DNA of 35,237 nucleotides from a bacterium (GTDB taxonomy: Bacteria; DYJV01; JALVYZ01): NCBI GenBank assembly GCA_027037705.1, contig JALVYZ010000238.1, positions 1 through 35,237 of the forward strand, written 5' to 3'. Below, piece after piece: positions 27,982 through 35,237 of the stretch. Numbering within the stretch: the first letter of the stretch is position 1; every line of letters begins with the position of its first letter. A model generated the notes under the pieces. That model saw nothing but the letters and a program-made list of their open reading frames with translations, did no database searches and had not been told where the DNA came from. A program made the translations under genes and the position numbers.

Positions 27982-28392
27982 TTAATGTTCTTCTGGAACC
28001 TGACAAAGTTCTGTTAACACTCCATTTGTTGATTTTGGATGAACAAATGCAATTAAAGTATTATGAGCACCTTTTCTTGGTTCTTCATTTATTAATTTTA
28101 CACCTTTTTCTTTTAATGTTTTTAATGCATCTTCAATATTATCCACTTCATAAGCAATATGATGAATACCTTCTCTATTTTTTTCTAAATATTTTGCAAT
28201 AGGAGAATCGTCGCTAATTGGAGAAACTAATTCTATATTTGTTTCTCCAATTTTAAAGAAAGCTACTTTTACCTTTTGTTCTTCAACAACATCAGTTCCT
28301 TTAAATTCCAACCCTAATTTATCTCTATACAACTCAATTGCTTTATCTAAATCTTTCACAGCAACTCCAATATGATTTATTTTTTTATACAT
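27982..28392 (-). CDS. mce: Methylmalonyl-CoA epimerase
   Basis: HIGVAV, EEQKVKVAF, IELVSP, EGIHHIAY, AFVHPKSTNGVLTEL; SD AAGGAGG. Confidence 0.93.
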   Translation of the reverse strand: MYKKINHIGVAVKDLDKAIELYRDKLGLEFKGTDVVEEQKVKVAFFKIGETNIELVSPISDDSPIAKYLEKNREGIHHIAYEVDNIEDALKTLKEKGVKLINEEPRKGAHNTLIAFVHPKSTNGVLTELCQVPEEH

Positions 28393-28442
28393 ATTTTATT
28401 CCTCCTTATTTTTGTAGGTGTGTTAATATATCATAATAACTA

Positions 28443-29243
28443 TTAATTTAAATCTAAAACATCAAACATATTATATAAACCTATATTTTTCCCTTTTAAC
28501 CATTTTGCAGCTCTAATTGCACCTCTTGCAAAATTTTCTCTATTATGTGCTCTATGAGTAAGCTCTATCCTTTCGCCAATTCCACCAAACATTACAGTGT
28601 GATCACCAACTATATCACCTGCTCTAAGAGTTTGCATTCCAATCTCTTCTTTAGTTCTTTCTCCTATTATTCCACGTCTTTCAAATTTAGCAACTTTTTT
28701 ATAATCTCTACCAAGTGCTTCAGCAATAATCTGACCTAATTTCACAGCAGTTCCACTTGGTGCATCTTTTTTAAATCTATGATGAGCCTCAACTATTTCT
28801 ACATCATAATCATCACCTAACACTTGTGCAACTATTTTAGAAATTTTAAATAAAACATTTACTCCAACGCTCATATTTGGAGATTGAATAATTGCTATTT
28901 TATTAGAAGCTTCTTTTATTTTATTTAAATCTTCTTCTGATAATCCTGTGGTTCCAATTACCATATTAACTTTCTTTTCAACAGCAAATTCTAAATTTCT
29001 CATTGTAGCTTCAGGCATTGTAAAATCAATTATAACATCAGCATCTATATCTTTTAATTTCCATATATCATCAACAATTTTAATTCCAATTTCCCCAATA
29101 TTTGCAGGAATTCCTGCATCTATTGGCTCAAATCCTTTTCTTTCAACAGCACCAACTAATTCTAACTCACTATCATTTACAACAAGCCTAACATTTGTAC
29201 TTCCCATCCTTCCAGCAGCACCTGTAACAATTACTTTTTGCAT
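28443..29243 (-). CDS. dapB: 4-hydroxy-tetrahydrodipicolinate reductase
   Basis: GAAGRMG, DFT, GTTG, NMSVGVN, EAHHRFKKDAPSGTA, FARGA. Confidence 0.97.
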   Translation of the reverse strand: MQKVIVTGAAGRMGSTNVRLVVNDSELELVGAVERKGFEPIDAGIPANIGEIGIKIVDDIWKLKDIDADVIIDFTMPEATMRNLEFAVEKKVNMVIGTTGLSEEDLNKIKEASNKIAIIQSPNMSVGVNVLFKISKIVAQVLGDDYDVEIVEAHHRFKKDAPSGTAVKLGQIIAEALGRDYKKVAKFERRGIIGERTKEEIGMQTLRAGDIVGDHTVMFGGIGERIELTHRAHNRENFARGAIRAAKWLKGKNIGLYNMFDVLDLN

Positions 29244-29256
29244 TTATTCCTCCTAA

Positions 29257-30135
29257 TTACTTTAAAATTCCTTCTTTTTTCAAAATCTCTTTTAACTTTT
29301 CTAAAGGCTCACCATTCAAACTAACAAGAGGAAGTCGAATTTCATCTTCAATCATTCCCATTAAATAGAGAGCTTTTTTTACTGGAATTGGATTAGTTTG
29401 AAGAAACATTGCTTTAGAAATATTATATACTTTAAAGTGGAGCTCTTTAGCTTTTTTATAATCATTATTCTGAACTGCATCATAAAGGTCTCTCATTAAT
29501 TTTGGTGCAACATTTGAAACTACAGAGATTACTCCATGGCCACCTACACATAAAAATGGATAATAAATAAAATCATCACCTGAAAGAAAATAAAACTCTT
29601 CTCCTTTTGTGAGTTCAATCATCTCTGTTAAAACATTTATACTTCCAGTAGCATCCTTGATTCCCAAAATATTAGGAATCTTTGCTAATTTGGCAACAGT
29701 TTCAGGGAGTAAATTAACTGCAGTTCTACCAGGAACATTATACATAACTATTGGGATATTCACTTCTTCTGCAACTTTTTTGTAATGATAATATAGGCCT
29801 TCCTGAGTTGGCTTATTATAGTATGGAGTAATTAATAACGCTGCATCTGCACCAGCTTCTTTTGCTGCTTTTGTTAATTCAATTGCTTCTTTTGTGTTGT
29901 TTGAACCTGTTCCAGCAATAACAGGGATTCTTTTATTCACTTCATCAATAACAATTTCAATAACTCTCTCATGTTCCTCATAACTTAATGTAGCACTTTC
30001 TCCAGTTGTTCCACATGGAATTATGCCCATTGTCCCATTTTCAATATGAAAATTAACAAGTTTTCTTAATGCTTCTTCATCAATTTCATTGTTTTTAAAT
30101 GGTGTAACAATTGCAACCATTGGGCCTTTTAACAT
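29257..30135 (-). CDS. dapA: 4-hydroxy-tetrahydrodipicolinate synthase
   Basis: GTTGES, PYYNKP, YNVPGRT, GIKDA, SGDD, NPIPVK. Confidence 0.97.
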   Translation of the reverse strand: MLKGPMVAIVTPFKNNEIDEEALRKLVNFHIENGTMGIIPCGTTGESATLSYEEHERVIEIVIDEVNKRIPVIAGTGSNNTKEAIELTKAAKEAGADAALLITPYYNKPTQEGLYYHYKKVAEEVNIPIVMYNVPGRTAVNLLPETVAKLAKIPNILGIKDATGSINVLTEMIELTKGEEFYFLSGDDFIYYPFLCVGGHGVISVVSNVAPKLMRDLYDAVQNNDYKKAKELHFKVYNISKAMFLQTNPIPVKKALYLMGMIEDEIRLPLVSLNGEPLEKLKEILKKEGILK

Positions 30136-30152
30136 AATTAACTCCTTTTTAA

Positions 30153-30983
30153 TTATTTTATTGAATCTTTGAATAATTTTCCTTTAAATACTATATTTGC
30201 ATCTCCTTCTAAATAAACCTTTTCAAAATTGCCTTCTTTTTCTATAAAATCTATTATCAATGTTTCTCCACCCATATTTTTAACATAAATAGGAGTTTCA
30301 ACAAATCCTTTCTTATAAGCAATTAATGCAGCAGCCACTGAACCTGTTCCACAAGCTAAAGTCTCATCTTCTACACCTCTTTCATAGGTCCTTATTTTAA
30401 TAGTATTTTTATTTTCAACAGAAACGAAATTTACATTTGTCCCATTTGGCTGAAATAATTCATGATACCTGATTAAACGCCCCATTCTTTTAACATCATA
30501 ATTTTCAAGTTCCTTAACAAATTTTACAACATGAGGGACACCTGTATTAATACTTGAAATGTAATATTTTTTATCATCAATAAAGATTTCGTAATCGAGC
30601 TTCAAGTCAAAAGGCTTAGTCATTAAAACTTTTACTGTATTTTCCTTAACTTCAGCTTCAATTATTCCAGCTAAAGTTTCAAATTTTAAGTTTCTACCAG
30701 CAATTCCTTCTAAATATGCAAATTTTGCTGCACATCTTGAACCGTTTCCACACATTTCTGCTTCTGAACCATCAGAATTAAAAAATCTCCATTTGAAATC
30801 ACATGTTGATGATGGCTCTAATATAATAACGCCGTCTGCACCAACAGAAAATTTTCTTCTACAAATCAAAGGAACATATTTTCTGAATTCATCAGACGAA
30901 AAATATTTAGTAAAATTATTTATAATAATAAAATCATTTCCACTTCCATTCATTTTTACAAATTCTATTTTTTCAACATCCAT
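30153..30983 (-). CDS. dapF: Diaminopimelate epimerase
   Basis: KMNGSGNDF, FNSDGSEAEMCGNG, GVPH, NVNF, ERGVEDETLACGTG. Confidence 0.97.
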   Translation of the reverse strand: MDVEKIEFVKMNGSGNDFIIINNFTKYFSSDEFRKYVPLICRRKFSVGADGVIILEPSSTCDFKWRFFNSDGSEAEMCGNGSRCAAKFAYLEGIAGRNLKFETLAGIIEAEVKENTVKVLMTKPFDLKLDYEIFIDDKKYYISSINTGVPHVVKFVKELENYDVKRMGRLIRYHELFQPNGTNVNFVSVENKNTIKIRTYERGVEDETLACGTGSVAAALIAYKKGFVETPIYVKNMGGETLIIDFIEKEGNFEKVYLEGDANIVFKGKLFKDSIK

Positions 30984-30984
30984 C

Positions 30985-32244
30985 TTAAACCTCTACAATT
31001 TTTTCTTTTGCAATTAAATCTTGATAAGATTCTCTTTCTCTTATTATAAAATATTCATCATCTTTAACTAAAATTTCAGATGGTCTTGGCCTTGAATTAT
31101 AATTTGAGCTCATAGTAAAACCATATGCACCTGCACTCCTAACTGCAAGATATCCTTCCTTTTTCACCTCAATTTCTCTATCTTTCGCAAGATAATCTCC
31201 TGATTCACAAATTGGTCCAACAACATCAGCTTTAATTTTATTGCAATTATTTTTATCTACTGGAATTATTTCCTGGTAAGCTTGATACAACGATGGTCTT
31301 ATCAAATCATTCATCCCTGCATCTACAATTACAAAATTTTTAAAATCATTACTTTTGAAATATAAAATCTTTGTAACTAAGATCCCTGCATTTGCTACAA
31401 TAACCCTTCCTGGTTCAAATATCATCGTCAAATTAAGATCTTTAACTTCATTTTTTATTGCATTAGCATACTCTTGAGGAGATGGTGGATTTTCATCTTT
31501 ATATTTTACACCTAACCCACCACCTATATCAAAATATTTCAAATTTATACCAATTTGATTTAAATCTTTTATTAAATTTTTAACTCTTTTTATAGCATCA
31601 ATAAAAGGAGCAACCTCAGTTAATTGCGAGCCGATATGACAATCTATACCAACTATTTCAATAAATTCTAAACTCTTAGCTCGTTTATATAAATCTACTG
31701 CTTTTGTTATATCTATACCAAATTTGTTCTGTTTTAAACCTGTTGAGATGTATGGATGAGTTTTAGGGTCAACATCTGGATTAACTCTAAACGATATTGG
31801 AGCTTTTTTATTTAATTTCTTTGCTATTTCATTAATAGATATTAACTCTTCATAACTCTCAACATTAAACATTAAAATATCACTAAATAATGCAAATTCA
31901 ATTTCTTCAGGTGTTTTTCCTACTCCAGAAAAAACAATTTTTTTGGGATCTGCATTTACTTTTAAAGTTCTATAAAGTTCACCTCCAGAAACAATATCAA
32001 AACCACTACCTAAATTTTTGAATATATTTAATATAGTCAAATTAGAATTTGATTTAACAGAAAAACATGTGATGTGATTGATATCTTTAAAAGAATTATC
32101 AAAAACATTAAAGTGATTTTTTAAAGTATTATAACTATAAACATAAAATGGTGTTTTAATGTCATTAGTCAAGTCTGTAATTTTTATATTTTCACAATAC
32201 AATAAACCATCTTTATACTCAAAACTATCCATGCCTACCTCCAT
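30985..32244 (-). CDS. lysA: Diaminopimelate decarboxylase (true start probably the ATG at 32232)
   Basis: FSVKSN (PLP lysine), DIVSGGE, HIGSQ, EPGR, GPICESGD, GAYG..MSSNYNSR; SD GGAGGT at 32237-32242 precedes ATG 32232. Confidence 0.97.
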   Translation of the reverse strand: MEVGMDSFEYKDGLLYCENIKITDLTNDIKTPFYVYSYNTLKNHFNVFDNSFKDINHITCFSVKSNSNLTILNIFKNLGSGFDIVSGGELYRTLKVNADPKKIVFSGVGKTPEEIEFALFSDILMFNVESYEELISINEIAKKLNKKAPISFRVNPDVDPKTHPYISTGLKQNKFGIDITKAVDLYKRAKSLEFIEIVGIDCHIGSQLTEVAPFIDAIKRVKNLIKDLNQIGINLKYFDIGGGLGVKYKDENPPSPQEYANAIKNEVKDLNLTMIFEPGRVIVANAGILVTKILYFKSNDFKNFVIVDAGMNDLIRPSLYQAYQEIIPVDKNNCNKIKADVVGPICESGDYLAKDREIEVKKEGYLAVRSAGAYGFTMSSNYNSRPRPSEILVKDDEYFIIRERESYQDLIAKEKIVEV

Positions 32245-32263
32245 TATATTATTGGTTAATATT

Positions 32264-32272
32264 ATTATAACA
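32264..32272 (-). promoter_or_regulatory. Extended -10 promoter of the lysA operon
   Basis: Minus-strand TGTTATAAT in the short divergent lysA/MCP intergenic region; TTGAAT lies 15 nt upstream of the hexamer. Confidence 0.5.
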
Positions 32273-32301
32273 GTTTATAATTTTATTCAAGAATTTTTTC
32301 C

Positions 32302-34089
32302 TTGAAAAAAAAAGAAAAATATTTTACTTCTCTAAACATGAAATTAAAAATCAGGCAAAAAACAATTTTAATACTTGTTTTATATCTAATAATACCTTTT
32401 ATTATTATCATATCTTTTATGAGTTATAATTTAGATAAAATAATTAATGATAAATATTATAATGAATTAAATGAAAAAAAACAATTTATAATAAATTTTT
32501 TAAATTTCGAACTTAATAACTTGCAAAAAATTTTTAAACAACTTTCATACAGTAAAGAGTTAATATCTATTTTCAGTGAAATTACAGTATATGAAAATAA
32601 TTTAAAAGCAAAAAATGAACTAAAAGAGTTATTAAAAAATTTAAATTTTGATTATATAATACTATTTACATCCAACAAAGATGAATTAATGAAAAGTAAT
32701 AATATTGAACTCATTTTTCCTAAAAAATTTCTCCAAAATAAAATTAATCTTTTTTATTCTGAATATAAAAATCAATTTTATCTCATTGGTACTACTCCTT
32801 TATATGTAGGAAATATAGAAAAAGCAATTTATGGATATATTACGCTAATAAAAAAATTAGATAAAAATTATTTTAAAAAATTAGAATATATATTTAATAT
32901 AAAAAATATATCTTTAAGCTTTGAAAAAGACCCCAAAAAGAATCTTCATATTACTTTAGGTGAAACTATTACTGGAAAATCAATTATTCTTAATGGAGAA
33001 GTAGAACATAATTTTTATGAAATAATTAAAAATCAAAATAAATTTTTATTTATATCTTTGATAATATTAATTTTTTTATTCTGTTTAATTACTTCATGGC
33101 TTTTAACTAAAAATATATTAAAGCCTTTAAAATTTTTGGAAAATTCATTAGATGAATTGCCGAATAAAGATATTTATAAAAAATTACCTAACTACGCAAA
33201 AAACAATGAAATTTCATTAATAATTGATAAGCTTTCAAATTTTATAAACAAATTAAATTCAGACTTACATACAATTTGGAGTAAATTATATCAGGAAAAA
33301 AATGAAATTAATAACTTCAAGAAGAATATTCAAGTATTAGAAACTAATAAAATATCTATTGAAGACAAATGCCAGGAAATTCATGATAACTGTAATAATG
33401 TAAATAAACAGGTAAAATTAATTAAAAATATTAATGATAGATTCCTTAATAATTTTGAAAAAACTTTATTAGTTTATAATAAAATTATAGATTTATCAAA
33501 TGAAGTTACTTCAACTTCTGATGTTTCAAATGTTACTTTTAAAGAGATTAATAGAAACTCAGAAGAAATTAAAAATCTTTTAACATTTATTACCGAGATA
33601 TCATCTCAAATTGATATATTAAGTGTAAATGCTTCTATTGAAGCTATTAAATCAGGGGAGGTAGGTTCAGGTTTTTCTGTTGTAGCTGATGAAATTAAAA
33701 GTTTAGCTGGGACCACAAAGGAATTTGTAGAAAATATTCAAAAATTAATTGAAAATAATTATAATATTGTAAAACAAGGAATGGAATATTCAGATAAAAT
33801 AAATAATATCTTAAAAGAACTAAATGAAGAAGTTAGTAATTTGTTTAAAACATTAGAAAAATTTAATAACGATATAAAAACACAAAAAGAAATTATTTTA
33901 TCTTTAGAGGATAATACTAATAAACCTGATGAGATAAAAGACTTTATAAAAGAGTTAATGAATAATATAGAAATAGTAATTAAGGAACTTGAAATTAAAA
34001 TTGATAATATTTCAAATTTAAACAAAGAATCAATTAGTAAAATAAAAAGCTATATAAATATAAAGGAAAAAAATGAAAACGACAACTAA
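32302..34089 (+). CDS. Methyl-accepting chemotaxis-like receptor, divergent (start probably ATG 32338)
   Basis: TM1 - periplasmic domain - TM2 - HAMP-like (ILKPL...NEI) - coiled coil with the hairpin ILSVNASIEAIKSGEVGSGFSVVADEIKSLA. Confidence 0.8.
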   Translation: MKKKEKYFTSLNMKLKIRQKTILILVLYLIIPFIIIISFMSYNLDKIINDKYYNELNEKKQFIINFLNFELNNLQKIFKQLSYSKELISIFSEITVYENNLKAKNELKELLKNLNFDYIILFTSNKDELMKSNNIELIFPKKFLQNKINLFYSEYKNQFYLIGTTPLYVGNIEKAIYGYITLIKKLDKNYFKKLEYIFNIKNISLSFEKDPKKNLHITLGETITGKSIILNGEVEHNFYEIIKNQNKFLFISLIILIFLFCLITSWLLTKNILKPLKFLENSLDELPNKDIYKKLPNYAKNNEISLIIDKLSNFINKLNSDLHTIWSKLYQEKNEINNFKKNIQVLETNKISIEDKCQEIHDNCNNVNKQVKLIKNINDRFLNNFEKTLLVYNKIIDLSNEVTSTSDVSNVTFKEINRNSEEIKNLLTFITEISSQIDILSVNASIEAIKSGEVGSGFSVVADEIKSLAGTTKEFVENIQKLIENNYNIVKQGMEYSDKINNILKELNEEVSNLFKTLEKFNNDIKTQKEIILSLEDNTNKPDEIKDFIKELMNNIEIVIKELEIKIDNISNLNKESISKIKSYINIKEKNENDN

Positions 34090-35237
34090 ATTAAAGTTAA
34101 TTTTTTTAATTTATCTATTATTCAGTTATTCTTTATTACATTCTGAGATTACTAACATTACACTTAAAAACGGTTTAAAAATTTATCTTATAAAAAAGTC
34201 AAATCTCCCAATTGTTAGTATTAATGTTATATATAAAACTGGGTGTAAGGATGAGTATAATGGAATTACCGGAATTGCACATATGTTAGAACATATGAAT
34301 TTTAGAGGAAGCACACATTTCCCTGATGGGTACTATGAAAAATATGTGGTTAGCCATGGTGGAATTGAAAATGCTTCTACATCTTTTGATTATACAAGAT
34401 ATTTTACGATAATTAATAAGAAATCATTGCCTGTTATTTTAAAAATATATGCAGATAATATGAATAATCTATTAATTGATAGGAAAAAATTTTTAAAAGA
34501 AAGAAATGTTGTATATCAGGAAAGATTATGGAGGATTGATAATTCTCCAGATGGATATTTATATTACACATTACATAGAGCAGCATATATGGAGTCTCCT
34601 TACAGATGGACTCCAATTGGTTTTTCATATGACATTTTGCACTGGACAAGAGATGATGTATATAATTTTTACAAAAAACACTATGCTCCAAATAATGCTG
34701 CAATTGTAATTTGCGGAGATATTGATATAAAAAACACAAAAAAGATTATACAGAAATATTTTGGTAAAATAAAAAAAATTAAAATTAATGAAAAATTCAC
34801 CAAAGAGCCTGAACAAAAAGGTGAAAGAAGAATAAATTTAAAATTTGTATCATCAAATAAAAAATTAGCAATGGCTTTTCATATTCCACCACTATCTGAT
34901 AATTCAACACCCGCTCTTGATGTTATTACATATATGTTATTTGCAAGAGAAAATTCAATATTAACTAAAAAATTAAAGAGAGAAAAAAAACTATGCACAT
35001 CAATTTATGGCGGCAACCAAGAAAGAAAACATTCTGGATTGTACATCATATTTGCAACTTTAAATAAAAAAGCAAAATACTCCCAAGTTGAAAAATTAAT
35101 ATGGAATGAGTTTGAAAAATTAAAAAAAGGTAAATTTTCAGATAAAGATTTTCAATACTCTAAAAAAAGAGCAATATTTGACTATCTGTATTCAAAAGAG
35201 ACTATTTCTGGATACGCTTCAGCAGTAAGTTTCTATG
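34073..35237 (+). CDS. M16 (pitrilysin/insulinase family) zinc peptidase, 3'-truncated by the window
   Basis: Manual translation MKTTTKLKLIFLIYLLFSYSLLHSEITNITLKNGLK...; inverted zinc motif HMLEH (34280-34294), NASTSFDYTRY, ERNVVYQER, YAPNNA. Absent from the ORF track because no stop occurs in the window. Confidence 0.92.
   Translation, partial: MKTTTKLKLIFLIYLLFSYSLLHSEITNITLKNGLKIYLIKKSNLPIVSINVIYKTGCKDEYNGITGIAHMLEHMNFRGSTHFPDGYYEKYVVSHGGIENASTSFDYTRYFTIINKKSLPVILKIYADNMNNLLIDRKKFLKERNVVYQERLWRIDNSPDGYLYYTLHRAAYMESPYRWTPIGFSYDILHWTRDDVYNFYKKHYAPNNAAIVICGDIDIKNTKKIIQKYFGKIKKIKINEKFTKEPEQKGERRINLKFVSSNKKLAMAFHIPPLSDNSTPALDVITYMLFARENSILTKKLKREKKLCTSIYGGNQERKHSGLYIIFATLNKKAKYSQVEKLIWNEFEKLKKGKFSDKDFQYSKKRAIFDYLYSKETISGYASAVSFY

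Noticed and set aside
32245-32301. Lysine riboswitch upstream of lysA
   Set aside because: The intergenic space is under 100 nt, nearly all A/T and unstructured, which is too short for the aptamer.
2577-34816. Numerous short ORFs in the track that are antisense to or out of frame within real genes (e.g. 6522-6920, 14687-15106, 24079-24417, 28948-29256, 34434-34739, 34506-34709)
   Set aside because: They overlap well-supported genes, have shadow-ORF composition (Ile/Phe/Ser-rich) and show no motifs or SD.
1-35237. CRISPR arrays, tRNA/rRNA genes, IS elements
   Set aside because: Intergenic gaps are all under about 170 nt and were read individually; no repeat-spacer pattern, cloverleaf or transposase was seen.

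Overview
Low-GC (AT-rich) bacterial chromosomal core region. The gene order rpsB-tsf-pyrH-frr-uppS-cdsA-dxr-rseP-tsaB, the lysA-dapF-dapA-dapB cluster and the short EF-Ts suggest a deltaproteobacteria-like or other deep-branching anaerobe (inference only). Contents from left to right: a surface protein with a choice-of-anchor U-like domain and IPTL-CTERM tail; the rpsB...tsaB cluster, interrupted by an unannotated 56-aa 2x[4Fe-4S] ferredoxin and a terminator; HAD hydrolase and TonB; xerC-like recombinase, rlpA, archaeal-type cobT and a hypothetical gene; a 28-bp dif site (13755-13782), marking the probable replication terminus; trkA-trkH-tsaC; a LIV-type ABC transporter with no binding-protein gene, preceded by a GntR/FadR-type operator; a tightly coupled minus-strand run lysA-dapF-dapA-dapB-mce-gammaCA-GAF protein-mreB paralog-REC/PP2C phosphatase-EF-G paralog-purF; a divergent chemoreceptor; and an M16 peptidase cut by the window end. 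The best candidate for an undescribed system is the GAF/degenerate-GGDEF - orphan MreB - REC-PP2C - atypical EF-G module. No tRNA, rRNA, CRISPR, IS or prophage was recognised. All calls come from visual motif recognition, not database searches.
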